Below are positions 1 to 10,255 of a DNA stretch of 64,000 bases, in pieces (position 1 is the first letter of the stretch; each line of letters begins with the position of its first letter). The stretch comes from Rebecca billardiae RCC1528 (taxonomy: Eukaryota; Protista; Haptophyta): assembly GCA_965240325.2 (NCBI GenBank), contig OZ251240.1:558001-622000 (forward strand), read 5' to 3'. The position numbers and the translations under genes were made by a program. The notes beneath the pieces are model-generated. The model was given only the letters and a program-made list of their open reading frames with translations. It made no database searches and was not told where the DNA came from.

Positions 1-1176
1 TGTCGTCGGTGGTGCCGTCGCCCAGCTGGCCTTGGTTGTTGCGGCCCCAGCTGCGGCCAAGGGGGCACGGCACGCGCGGCGCGGCGCGTGGCACTCTCAG
101 CGGGTGCGCAGCGCTCCGGGCGCACGCGCGGGGCGACGGAGCGGCGGGCGCGCGCCCTCGCGCCCGCGCTTGCGCGGGCACCTGCGGGGGGCGCGCGTGC
201 GCGTGCGCGGTGCGCCGTGTGCGCGGCCGCACCATTTGACGGTGCCGTCCGTGAACAGGACGCAGCCGTGCGCGCCGAGGTGCACGTCCCAGCCGGACAC
301 GACGAGTCCGGCTCCAAAGTCGAGGTGCGCGCCAAAGGTGCCCACGTGGGCCGTGCTGCCCGTGCCCAGCGAGCCCTGGTCCCCGCGGCCGCAGCAGTGT
401 ATGCCCACCGTGCCACTGATGTCTGACTGCACACACGTGATGTGCCGCCCCAGCTTGACCGCCTGTGGCGTCGCGCCCCCGAGGTCCGCGGCGAGGAGCG
501 TGTCGCCCATCGCGCGGCCGGAGCCATCGCCGGTATAGATCACGTCGTCCGTGCCGTGCTGCCCGAACTGGTTGTTCCCCCAGCTGCGACGGGCGGCGCG
601 CGCCGAGCGGCACGCGCGCAGCGGGGGAGGCGCGCGCTTGCGCTCAGCGCGCGGCGCGGCGCGCGCGCGCAGAGCGGGGAGGGCGGCGCGCGCGCGCGGC
701 GGTGCGGCGCGCACCATCGCACGCTCGCGTCCGAGAGCAACGCGCACGAGTGGATCCGCCCCCCGTCCACGTCCACCGCCGTGAGGCCCGTGGGGAGCGC
801 CACGAACGGCAGGCTGAGCCCAAGCTCGCCCGGCTGGTCGCCGCGAGGCTCGGTGTCGTCGTAGCCGAGCTGGCCGGCGCTGTTTTGGCCCCAGCTGCGC
901 GTGGCGTCCGGCGCACACCGCGCGGCGACGCGCGCCGCCTCAGCGCGCAGCGTGCGCGCGGAGCGCGATCCACGGGTGCGGCGCTCACGCGCGTGATAGT
1001 CGGGCGGGCGCCGCGCCGCACCATTTGATCGCGCCAGTGTCGTAGATCATGCAGCTGTGTGTGTGGCCCACGGCGATCGAGGTCACGGTGCCGGCACTGC
1101 CCACGCCGAGGAGCGCCCCCGGGTGCAGCGCCGGGCTCGTCAGCGTGATGAGCACGACCGCCCACGGGGTGGGCAT
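1..1176 (-). CDS. RCC1/BLIP-II-like repeat protein, probably secreted; 3' end lies outside the window. Exons 1176-1022, 894-715, 583-233, 50-<1
   Basis: Spliced translation gives repeated RCC1 motifs: SIAVGHTHSCMIYDTGAIKCWGQNSAGQLG, DVDGGRIHSCALLSDASVRCWGNNQFGQHG, VHLGAHGCVLFTDGTVKCWGRNNQGQLGDG. GT..CAG introns at 895-1021, 584-714 and 51-232 restore the frame. Hydrophobic N-terminus MPTPWAVVLITL. Confidence 0.85.
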
Positions 1177-1226
1177 GACGCCAGATGCGGGCTCGGCGCG
1201 CGTGTGGGGGCAGAGTTGGTTGAGAT

Positions 1227-2363
1227 GGAGTGGTGTCAAGGCACTCGGTGTATCGGTCAGTGGTTTGAGGTTGGGTGAGGGTGGTGGTTGGTTGGGGGCT
1301 GGCCAGGGTAGGGCTGGAGGCTTCGGCCGCCAGTCTGATCACCCGGAGCCCGTTATAAAGGGGAATTTAAAAAAAAAGATGAGATGAGTATTGTTCCCTT
1401 AAGCTGATGAATAGAGCTCGTTCGGAGATTCCCTCGGCGGGTACTTTATGTACTACTATCTTGATATCACCTTCAGTTTACTACTGGTTAAGTTTAGTAT
1501 CTACCGGTCACTCCCCGACCGTATTGATGGTGCAAGAAAACCTAGAGCCCCGACCGTTACAAGGGTATATTAGGTCTCAGCGGCATGATGGCCATCCGGC
1601 GAATAAGTCATTCTGGGTCTCCCTGACACCATGATACAGGCCCAACACCCCCGGGGACCTGAGCATCACCCTGGGACCTAATATTGCAGTCTGAAGTTGG
1701 GTGGGTCACTCTCGACGACGGCACGCGGACGGTCGTGATGCACGCGGGACAGCACATCAGGGGCATTCGGTGCACTAGCGAGGGTGGCATACGATGTCAT
1801 CCCGACGTATGCATCCGTAGTATACTTGCCCGGCCCCAGGCGCCCTGTCATCCGGCACAATGTCACGTGCGTGGGCTTCACGCGGTCGTGATCGCGGGGT
1901 TCAACATGCTGTTCCGAACGAGCGCACGCACGCGCGCCGGCGCGAGGCGAGCGAGAGGAATGCACCCCTCGCGTGCTCGCGCGGGCAAACGCACTTCACG
2001 AGCATCCCACAGGCGCCAAGAACTTCCTCCGATGGCGATGCGCAAGCCGCTAGCCCCCACAAGCGCGGGGCGAACCACGCCGCAGGGCGGTGTCGCCGCT
2101 TCCCGCGCTGGGCCGGGGCTCTAGGTTTTCTTGCACCATCAATACCGACTCGGTTGCAGGGTCCACTCCTCAGCAACCAGAAGCTCATCAAATAATTGGA
2201 CGAGGTGGACCCACTGTTTTTAAATTCCCCTTTATAACGGGCTCCGGGTGATCAGACTGGCGGCCGAAGCCTCCAGCCCTACCCTGGCCAGCCCCCAACC
2301 AACCACCACCCTCACCCAACCTCAAACCACTGACCGATACACCGAGTGCCTTGACACCACTCC
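1227..2363. mobile_element. Non-autonomous element bounded by 147-bp inverted repeats (1227-1373 / 2217-2363)
   Basis: GGAGTGGTGTCAAGGCACTC...GGGGAATTTAAAAA reappears as an apparently perfect reverse complement. No transposase ORF and no clear TSD. Confidence 0.7.
1521..2145. mobile_element. Inner MITE-like element with 32-bp perfect TIRs (1521-1552 / 2114-2145)
   Basis: GTATTGATGGTGCAAGAAAACCTAGAGCCCCG and its exact reverse complement. Flanks CGACC / CGACT may be a 5-bp TSD with one mismatch. Confidence 0.65.
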
Positions 2364-2504
2364 GCTGTGGACAGCCCGCCTCCAGAGGGGGCGGGGGTAC
2401 TGTGCACGTGATCACGCCTGAACCAAGTGTGCACGTGAAAACATAGTAAACTGTACAGTCCTAAGTATGGTACTCCGATTCCTGGAGGCGGTACTGAATG
2501 ACGC

Positions 2505-4322
2505 TCAACTCGCGCCGGCGGCACCGAAGCCGTGGAAGCAGAGGACGCGCAGGAGCTGGTGCACAGCCTCGCGCGTGATGCCCGTGCGCGTACCCTCCTC
2601 CTCCGCCTCGCGCACGCCGATCAGCGCGCACGCCGCGTTCGCCGCCACGCGCTCGAGCGCCGTCCTCGCCAGCCAGTCGAGCAGCGGCTCGAGCGCGCTC
2701 GGCACGCCCAGCAGAGCGCGCGCGTGCGGGGCGAGGTCCTCGCCGCCAAAGTTGACGCTCAGGGCGTACAGCGTGGGCTCCTCCTCCTTCGCGTCGCTCT
2801 GATCGGCCGACCCCTCCTCCTCGCCATCGGCGTCGTCGGAGCCGCCGAGAGCCGACGGCTCGCCCTTCCCGCCGGCCCCAGCCGCGCCGCTGCCGTCGCT
2901 GCTGGCGCCCTCGCCCTCACTCGCCTCCGCCTCCGCCTCCGCCTCGGCGGCCTGCGCCAGGAGCGTGTCGCGCAGCTCACCCAGCGCGTCCTCGTCCTTC
3001 ACGATGACGCACAGCGGATTGCACCGCACCGCCCCCGCCGTCGGCTCGCCCCGGCCGCCGCCGCCCGCGCGCGCGCGCTTGGCGCTTGGCGCGCCCGGCG
3101 CGCGCGGCGCGTTGGCCGCCGGCTGGCTCGGCCCAAGCGGCGGCGCGAGCCGCTCCCGCTCCGCCATCACGTCGACGTACCCGGCGGGCGGGGGCGCGCA
3201 CGTGTAGCTGTCGGGGATCATGTCCTCCTCGCGGAGAGCGTCGAGCTGCGCGCGCAGCGCGCGCAGCGCCTCGGCGCACTGCGCGCGCGCCGCGTCGCGG
3301 CGCGCGCTCGGCGTCGCGAGCGGCGGCACGCAGGCCGTGGCGCGCAGCGCAGGCACGGCCCAAGCGCGCTGCCGCGCCGCGTCGGCGAGGAGCTCGGCCC
3401 ACGAGAGGCCGAGGAGCGAGAGGTTGACCGAGAGCGAGTCCTCCTCGCACTCCACGCGGTGCCACGCGCCCGCCGGGAAGTAGAGCACGGAGCCGGGCAC
3501 GAGCGTCACGCGGCGCACGCGCCCGGCCGCCTCGGCGCGCGCGCCCTCGGCCAGGCTGAAGCCGGCCGCCTGCAGCCGGTGCGCGCGCAGCTGCTGCTCG
3601 AGGTTGCCCGCGGCGCGGTAGTGCGGCGTGGCGCCGCGCACGGGGTGCTCCACGCCGCCGCGGTGCACCACCCACGTCTTCTTCCCGCGCAGCTGCAGCG
3701 TGAAGTTCTCCTGGAAGTCGAAGTGCCAGCCGGTCGAGTGGCCGGCGCGCGAGGCGAACAGCTCGACCTCGCCGCGGAGCTCGCCCGACGGGTGGCGCGC
3801 GCCGGCGCCGAGGCCGAGCTGCTCGGCCAGCGCCGAGACCCACGCCTCGCAGAACTCCTGCGGCGCGCGCATGTACAGGCTCGCGCCGCACTCGTGGCAG
3901 ACGCGCGCCGAGCGCGCGTCGTCCAGCTCGAACGAGCGGAGCGGCGGCGCGCCCGCCGCGTGCGTGTCGGCGCCGGCTGCGCCAGCTGGCGCGCGCGAGG
4001 GCGCGTCGTGGGCGGCGCCCGGCTCGCGAGCGGGCATCCATGCGAAGATGCGCTCGGACGCCGTGTTCTCCAGCAGCGCGTCGAGGTCGAGGTCGAAGAG
4101 CGCCTCGCGCACGCGCTCGAACCGAGCGCTCGCCGCCGCGGCCGCGCGCGGGTCGTTCGGCCGCGGCACGAGCGCGAGCGCCGTCTGGCGCCAGTGGGCG
4201 CGCATGAACTCGTCCACACCGACCGGGTGGAGCAGGCGCGCGAGCACGTCCTCGAGCGTCACCTCGCACGCCTCCTTCGCCCGCAGCGTGCGGATCGCGA
4301 GATCGCTGCCGTCGGCCATCAT
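2505..4322 (-). CDS. JmjC-domain (Cupin_4, ROX/NO66/MINA-like) 2-oxoglutarate/Fe(II) oxygenase
   Basis: Motifs LLHPVGVDEFMRAHWRQ, GWHFDFQENFTLQLRGKKTW (HxD) and LVPGSVLYFPAGAWHRV (distal His). Start placed at MMADG (4322) rather than the longer ORF start at 4685. Confidence 0.85.
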   Translation of the reverse strand: MMADGSDLAIRTLRAKEACEVTLEDVLARLLHPVGVDEFMRAHWRQTALALVPRPNDPRAAAAASARFERVREALFDLDLDALLENTASERIFAWMPAREPGAAHDAPSRAPAGAAGADTHAAGAPPLRSFELDDARSARVCHECGASLYMRAPQEFCEAWVSALAEQLGLGAGARHPSGELRGEVELFASRAGHSTGWHFDFQENFTLQLRGKKTWVVHRGGVEHPVRGATPHYRAAGNLEQQLRAHRLQAAGFSLAEGARAEAAGRVRRVTLVPGSVLYFPAGAWHRVECEEDSLSVNLSLLGLSWAELLADAARQRAWAVPALRATACVPPLATPSARRDAARAQCAEALRALRAQLDALREEDMIPDSYTCAPPPAGYVDVMAERERLAPPLGPSQPAANAPRAPGAPSAKRARAGGGGRGEPTAGAVRCNPLCVIVKDEDALGELRDTLLAQAAEAEAEAEASEGEGASSDGSGAAGAGGKGEPSALGGSDDADGEEEGSADQSDAKEEEPTLYALSVNFGGEDLAPHARALLGVPSALEPLLDWLARTALERVAANAACALIGVREAEEEGTRTGITREAVHQLLRVLCFHGFGAAGAS

Positions 4323-5068
4323 CACTGTCGCGTGATTTTGCTCACACCAAGATGGCCCGCCAATGCAAATAAAATCAGCAGAATAAAATCCAAGCGGACC
4401 ACGGGGCTGCTTACTTATAATTACCGCTTGATACATACACGCCTTCCCCAACCGACAGTGGGGCTCCACGTTCCTCACTACATCCTCATTCTGTCGGCGC
4501 GCTGTTGCATCGGCGCCCAGTCGGCGAGTTCGGACGACGACGTTTTGTGGATGATGGTGGCGGGTGGGCGAGGACGACGGGCGCTGGCGCGCCGCGAGGC
4601 GGCCGCACGCGGCCCTCATCCAGGCCTCGCAGGCGGACGGCTGAACGATTTTTTCCGGCGGCGCTACCATCGGCGACGGCTTCATGGGCGGTGACAGTTG
4701 GCGGGCGTCAATCTCGCCTGCCTGAGCTGTGTGCGTCTCTTATTCTTAGTAAACTGTACGCGGTATTTGAAGTCTGATCCTCTCACGGCGCAGCGAAAGT
4801 TCTGGGGATTCGACAAGCGGCAACTCGAATAACCGCTTTCCGCGGTCGTCTCCGCCAATGAGATGAGCGGGACTCGCTTGAATCAGCTGCTGCCTTGCCG
4901 GATTGCGTCGACGTCGGGCCGACTCAGCTCTCGCAAACGGCAAAAAAGTGAAAAAACCTTGTCCCGGTGTGGTTCCGCCCCTGTGTGTCCTGTCCACCGG
5001 CTCGAGCATCCCCAGGTGCGCGCCGTCACCCAGGCATCACCAAGCGTCGTTAGCGTCCGAGCCCGCCC

Positions 5069-5830
5069 ATGACCGATCAGGACACGCGGAAGGACGAGGA
5101 GGCCGCAGCAGCCGTCGACGCAAGCGGCTCGGACGGCGGCGGCAACGACGGGCAGCAGGCGGCAAAGAAGGGCTGCTGTGCCCGCTGCTGCCCTTGCTGC
5201 AAGTGCAAGGCGTGCGTGCTTTGGCTCGTCGCGGTCTACAACTCGTTCGGATACGCCTTCGTCATGACCTTCGTCGTGGGGACCGGCAGCGAGATCGCGT
5301 CGCTGTATGCCGCGATCGCCGTGCTCGTGCTGGACGAGTTTGACGTTGGCGTGAAGGTGTTTGCAGGCTTGCTCCTCGCATTCGTCGCGGTGCAGGAGGC
5401 GTTCGCGATCCGTTACGGCATCCTCGAGCAGCAGTACTACCCGTATGCCCAGCGCTCCCTCGTCGCGAAGCTGTACACCATGTACGTGCGCCGCTGCTAC
5501 GACGTCGTGGACAAGGAAGCGGACACGCACGAAGACAGCCGGCTGCAGCTCATCGTGTGGTACACGCTCGACGTCCCGATCGTCGCGCTGTGCACCCTAC
5601 TCGCCATATTCAGCGGGGACAACGTCTGGCTCTTCCTCATCGGCCTGTTCAACTCAGCCATCCTCGTCCTCCAAGACCTCCTGCTCTGCGCCGTCGAGTC
5701 GGTGATGATCCCAGTCCGCGGCCGGAAGATCACGCGCCGCAGCACTTCGTCCGGCGGCATCGAGGCCTCCGCGTCAGCGGAAGGCGGCATGGATGATGAT
5801 GAGGGTGGTACCACGCGGGCCCGTGTCTGA
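5069..5830 (+). CDS. Hypothetical multi-pass membrane protein (253 aa) with a Cys cluster
   Basis: High-GC3 ORF with several hydrophobic segments. The KKGCCARCCPCCKCKAC cluster precedes the first TM segment. Confidence 0.7.
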   Translation: MTDQDTRKDEEAAAAVDASGSDGGGNDGQQAAKKGCCARCCPCCKCKACVLWLVAVYNSFGYAFVMTFVVGTGSEIASLYAAIAVLVLDEFDVGVKVFAGLLLAFVAVQEAFAIRYGILEQQYYPYAQRSLVAKLYTMYVRRCYDVVDKEADTHEDSRLQLIVWYTLDVPIVALCTLLAIFSGDNVWLFLIGLFNSAILVLQDLLLCAVESVMIPVRGRKITRRSTSSGGIEASASAEGGMDDDEGGTTRARV

Positions 5831-6277
5831 CATCTCCGATCTGCATTGGCGCGCTGCTTCTCGCATCGGTGAGTCCTCAGCACTGCGCCCCGTGCGTCCG
5901 AGGGCCTGGCTGCAGATGACGACGGCGGCGGCTCATGCATGTGCATCCTCCTACTGTAGCAAATATACCGTACCGTACGGTCGCTGTGGTGGAGAGGTTT
6001 CGAAGGACAGAAGTCGGGCTTGCTGAGGCCACAGGACAGTACGTCGTCGCGTAGGAGCAGTGGAGCACGGCCGGCTCCCCGGCCCAGGGGGTGCCAAGCT
6101 CGACACCAGGCTGGGGATGAAAGAGCGTCCGGAATGCCGGATGGATGACGAACGCCGGCTGGCACCGATTGAACTGCCGAGCCGTTCGAGCCTGCTCAGG
6201 CTGGACAGCCGTGGGAAGCCCGGCCTCGAGGGCTGCCGCGAGCATCGTACCGGCACGCCCGACGCGCGCCCGACCGG

Positions 6278-9200
6278 ATGGCGGCCCCGGCGACGCGGCG
6301 CGCCGCGTGCGCGCTGGTGCTCGTGGCGGCCACCATCTGCCCGCCCGCCGCCGGCCGGCTCCACCGGCCCAACGGCACGCGCTCGATGCCCGGCGGCGGC
6401 CGGCGGGCGCTGCCGCTGCTCAACCACACCGCGCTCTCGCCACTCGACTGCGGCGACGTGCCCGAGTTCGGCACGAGCCGGCGGCGCGTGGCGGTCCTGC
6501 TGGTGGGCTCGATGCCGCTGCTCGCCTCCACCATCCAGCCGCTGCTCGACAACGTCTTTGCGCCGCTCGACGCCGCGTGCGTGATCGCTGACGTGTACGT
6601 GGCGACGTGGGGCAAGAACCTGCGGCCGGACAAGAGCGCGTCGCGCTCGCAGCGCGTCGCGGCGAAGCGGCACGTGGACCTGATGGTCGAGCTCCTCTCG
6701 CCGCAGGCGTACGCGCTCCTCTCCATCACCGAGAGCGCCGTCCTGCTCAGCCCGGCCGGGCTCGACGGCCCGGAGGAACGGCTGGAGCTCGACCTCAAGT
6801 ACAGCCACCTGCGCGCGGCGCTGCAGCAGCGGGCGCTGGAGCGGGTGCACGCGATGTGGTGGGCGCGGTGGCGCAGCGTGGGCGTGAGCGGCGCGCTCCT
6901 CCTCCGCTTCGACGTGCCGCCCGTCGTGCTGCTCGACGTGCCGCTCCTCCTCTCCGCGCGCGGCGGCGAGCTCTTCGACGCGAGCGGCGCGACCGGCTCC
7001 GCGTGCGGCCCGCTGCTGGGCGCGGTGTGGCCGATGCACAAGATGCTGCGCGCGCTGGGCAGGGTGGACCTGCGCAGCGCGTGGCCCGACGTGGGCGAGC
7101 CCGCGCCCACGCCCGCCCCCGCGCGCCGCGGCGCCGGTGCGCGCGGCGGCCGCGGCGGCGCGCCCGCCTCCGCGCCCAGCACCAAGCTCGGCCGGCTCGC
7201 GGCCGACCTCGGGCTGTCGCTCACGCCCGTGCCGGCGCTGGTCGAGCGCTCGCACCCGGGGCCGCCCGACCCGCGCGCGAGCCTGTGGCGCGCGGTCGAG
7301 CGCGAGCGCGCGCGCCGCGCCGACGCGCCGCGCGCCGCGCCGCGCGCGCTCTCGTGCGCGCGCGCGTTTGGGTACGGCACGCGCCGGCGGCGCATCGCGC
7401 TCGTCTTCTTCGGGCTCAACCGCTCGCTGCGGCGCACGCTCGAGTCGATTCAGGCGCAGGTGCTCGCGCCGCTCGCGGCGTACTGCTACACGTGGGAGGT
7501 GTTCGTGCACACGTACTCCGAGGCGGTCACGTTCAACTCGCGCGCCAACGAGCTCGGCGTGCGGCTGGGCGGCGCGGCGGAGATGCGCGCGCTGCTGCGG
7601 CCGGCCAAGATGGCGGTGACGGCGCAGGCGGACGCGGACGCGGCGTGGCCGCTCGAGCTCGTGACGGGGCGGCACGGGAGCTACTACGCGGCGAACGCGA
7701 CGACGCGGAACCTGCTCCGCCAGCTGCACTCGCTCCAGCTCGCCACGCGTCTCTGGGAGCGCTCCTCCGCGCGCTTCGCCCTCGTCGCGTACCTGAGGCC
7801 CGACCTGGAGTACCTGCGGCCGCTCGACGTGCCCGCGGCCGCGTCCGTGCGGCCGGGCGAGCTGTTCGTGCCGTACTGGGCGGCGTGGAAGGGGGCGAAC
7901 GACCGCGTGGCGTTCGGCGCGCCCGACGCGATGGCGCAGTGGGGGCGGCGCGTCGAGCTCGCGCGCGAGTACGCGAGACACGCGCCGCTCTCCTCAGAGG
8001 GCTTCCTCGCCTTTGTGCTCGAGCGGAGGAGGCTGGTGGCGCGCTCGACCTCGCTGCTCGGCATGCGCGTGCGCGCGGGCAACGCGAGCTCGCCCGACCT
8101 CGGGCTCGGCGTGCAGTGCCGCTGGGCGGCGAACCGCTGCCTGATCTTCTGCCACAGGCACACGCAGGTCACGCCGCGCAACGTGCTTGAGCGCGAGATG
8201 CGCGGCCACTGCCTCTGGCCGGGCGAGCGCTACTGGCAGCCGGGCGCGCACGGCGGCGGCGGCCGCGGCGCGGCGCGGCTCGCGACTTCCATCGCCAGCC
8301 CGCGCTATCCGGACGCGGTGCTCGCGAGCGCGGCGGCGGTGCAGCGGCTCGAGGCGGTGACGGTGCTCGCCGCGCGCGCGGGCGGCCTCGCCGCCGCGCC
8401 GGACGCCACCGAGCCCGCTCCGCCCGAGGACGAGAGCCTCGGGCTGAGCGGCGGCGGCGGCGGCGGCGGCGGCGGCCTCGGCGGCGATGGCGGCGGCGGC
8501 GCCGGTGCCGCCGGCGGCGGCGTGTCGCTCGAGGGCGGCACCGCGGCGGCGGCGCAGCTGGCGGAGGCAGGCGGGCTCGGCGAGGGCGCCGGCGCATCCG
8601 CCGAGCCCGTGCTCCCGGAGGAGTTGCGCGCGCGCTGGCTCGAGACCATCCGAGAGTACGAGCTGGGCGCGGGCCCGCCGCTGCCGCGCTCGCACTGCAT
8701 CGTCGGCAGGGGCCCGGCGATGGCGCGCAGCTCGGCCGTGTGGCGCGCGCGCGAGCAGCAGGGGCGCGCGCGCTCGGCGGACGGCAGCGCGGAGGCGGAG
8801 GGCGCGCTGGAGCACGGCCGCGCGCTCAGGGCGCCCAAGCAGCCGCTGCCGCCCTCGAGCCTCGGCGCGACGGCGCAGCCCGGCGGCGCGGCCGGCACGC
8901 CTCCTCCCACCTCCACGGCGCCTGGTGCCGCCTTCGGTCCGGACGCGGACGTGCCGCCGCCCGCGCGCACCAAGTCGGCGGCGAAGCTCGCGCAGCTCGA
9001 GGTCGAGCAGCTCGAGGCGCGGCTCGAGGCGAAGGGCATCGCGCGGCTGCCCTTCCGCCTGCCGCTCAACGTGACCGAGCGCCTCGCAGCCATGGCCGCC
9101 GCGCGCCGGCTGCGCAAGCTGTGCGCCTCGGTGGAGAAGCGCCGTGTGCGCGTGGCGGAGGTGCCGGGGGTGCGGCTCCCAAGGGCGCTGTCGCGCGCGC

Positions 9201-10255
9201 TCGGCAGGGCGGGCGCGCGCTGGGGCGCGGACGACCTCAGCAAGGCGGAGCCGTACGCAGGCGCCGCGCGCATCGCGCTGCAGGCGCTCCCGCCGTGCAG
9301 CGCGCGCCGCGTGCCGCCCGCCACCTGGGCGGCGGCCGAGGCGGCGTTGGTGGCCGCCGCGCCGCCGCCTCCCAGCCCGTCCACGGCGCTCGCGGCCGCG
9401 CTGCTGCTGGCCAACAGCACCGACGGCGCGGGCGGAGGCGGGAGCGCGCGGAGCTCGCGCGACAAGCCGCCGCCGCCGCCGCGCCTCAGCCCGTACCTCA
9501 ACTCGAGCGCGCGCGTGTGCGCCGTCTCGGAGCCGCTCGAGCGCGCGTGGCGCGAGTACGCGCGCGTGCGCGGGCTGTGCGCGCCCGCGGCCGCGCACCC
9601 GCCGGGCGACACGGGTGTGCGCGCGAGCTGCCGGCGCGCGCTGCACCGCGCGCTGCGCCACCCGCCCGCGCCGCGCTGCTCGCTCTCCGAGTTCGCGCGC
9701 TGGGTGCGCGGCTCGATCCTCCTCGCCGAGCGCGAGCCGTACCACGCAGACTGCGCGTGGGTGCCGCAGGTCGAGTACCTCTCGCGCGGCTGCGGCCGCC
9801 CGCTGCGCCGCGGGCACGACGCCGAGCTGGGCTCGTGGAAGGGGTGCGACGCGGTGATCAAGGTGGAGAGCCTCGCGGCGAGGATGGCGGCGTCGCTCGG
9901 CGAGCTCGTCGGCTGCACCGCCGCGAGCGCGGCCGACGCGGACGCCGCCGGCGGCGCAGCCGACGCGGCCGACGTCGCGCCGGCCGACGCGCAGGCGGAC
10001 GCGCTCGTCGCGCTGAGCGCGTGCGAGCGCTCCTTCTCGCGCGCCGTGCACGCCGCCACGCGCCGGGAGGACGTCGACGCGGCCCGAGACGCCGCCGCGG
10101 TGGTCGCCGACTTCTTCCGCCGCGACTACGAGGTGCTGCGCTACTCCTTCCCGTCGGCCAAGCACTTCAAGACGGCGGGCGCCAAGCCGAGGCGGCAGAA
10201 GCCGCACCACGCGCACGGCGCCGGCGGCCGCGGCGGCCACGAGGAGGCGGTGTGA
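6278..10255 (+). CDS. Large secreted/Golgi-type protein with two putative glycosyltransferase-like domains and a C-terminal Sulfotransfer_2-like domain
   Basis: 1325-aa ORF with an N-terminal hydrophobic signal. Two related blocks: RVAVLLVG..DVYVATW..LLLRFDV and RIALVFFG..EVFVHTY..YLRPDL..NDRVAFG..SEGFL. The C-terminal EPLERAWREY / WVPQVEYL / DAVIKVESL / FFRRDYEVLRY series resembles the carbohydrate sulfotransferase motif order. Confidence 0.65.
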   Translation: MAAPATRRAACALVLVAATICPPAAGRLHRPNGTRSMPGGGRRALPLLNHTALSPLDCGDVPEFGTSRRRVAVLLVGSMPLLASTIQPLLDNVFAPLDAACVIADVYVATWGKNLRPDKSASRSQRVAAKRHVDLMVELLSPQAYALLSITESAVLLSPAGLDGPEERLELDLKYSHLRAALQQRALERVHAMWWARWRSVGVSGALLLRFDVPPVVLLDVPLLLSARGGELFDASGATGSACGPLLGAVWPMHKMLRALGRVDLRSAWPDVGEPAPTPAPARRGAGARGGRGGAPASAPSTKLGRLAADLGLSLTPVPALVERSHPGPPDPRASLWRAVERERARRADAPRAAPRALSCARAFGYGTRRRRIALVFFGLNRSLRRTLESIQAQVLAPLAAYCYTWEVFVHTYSEAVTFNSRANELGVRLGGAAEMRALLRPAKMAVTAQADADAAWPLELVTGRHGSYYAANATTRNLLRQLHSLQLATRLWERSSARFALVAYLRPDLEYLRPLDVPAAASVRPGELFVPYWAAWKGANDRVAFGAPDAMAQWGRRVELAREYARHAPLSSEGFLAFVLERRRLVARSTSLLGMRVRAGNASSPDLGLGVQCRWAANRCLIFCHRHTQVTPRNVLEREMRGHCLWPGERYWQPGAHGGGGRGAARLATSIASPRYPDAVLASAAAVQRLEAVTVLAARAGGLAAAPDATEPAPPEDESLGLSGGGGGGGGGLGGDGGGGAGAAGGGVSLEGGTAAAAQLAEAGGLGEGAGASAEPVLPEELRARWLETIREYELGAGPPLPRSHCIVGRGPAMARSSAVWRAREQQGRARSADGSAEAEGALEHGRALRAPKQPLPPSSLGATAQPGGAAGTPPPTSTAPGAAFGPDADVPPPARTKSAAKLAQLEVEQLEARLEAKGIARLPFRLPLNVTERLAAMAAARRLRKLCASVEKRRVRVAEVPGVRLPRALSRALGRAGARWGADDLSKAEPYAGAARIALQALPPCSARRVPPATWAAAEAALVAAAPPPPSPSTALAAALLLANSTDGAGGGGSARSSRDKPPPPPRLSPYLNSSARVCAVSEPLERAWREYARVRGLCAPAAAHPPGDTGVRASCRRALHRALRHPPAPRCSLSEFARWVRGSILLAEREPYHADCAWVPQVEYLSRGCGRPLRRGHDAELGSWKGCDAVIKVESLAARMAASLGELVGCTAASAADADAAGGAADAADVAPADAQADALVALSACERSFSRAVHAATRREDVDAARDAAAVVADFFRRDYEVLRYSFPSAKHFKTAGAKPRRQKPHHAHGAGGRGGHEEAV

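Noticed and set aside
4323-4685. N-terminal extension of the JmjC ORF
   Set aside because: It crosses an AT-richer promoter-like stretch with atypical codons. MMADG at 4322 is the likelier start, although an upstream exon cannot be excluded.
2532-4694. 720-aa plus-strand ORF, and many similar long overlapping ORFs (e.g. 5951-7981, 21064-24297, 37599-42527, 49333-51384, 58461-60413)
   Set aside because: These are antisense or alternate-frame shadows of real genes. Extreme GC content suppresses stop codons, and the translations are R/A/G/P-rich with no domain motifs.
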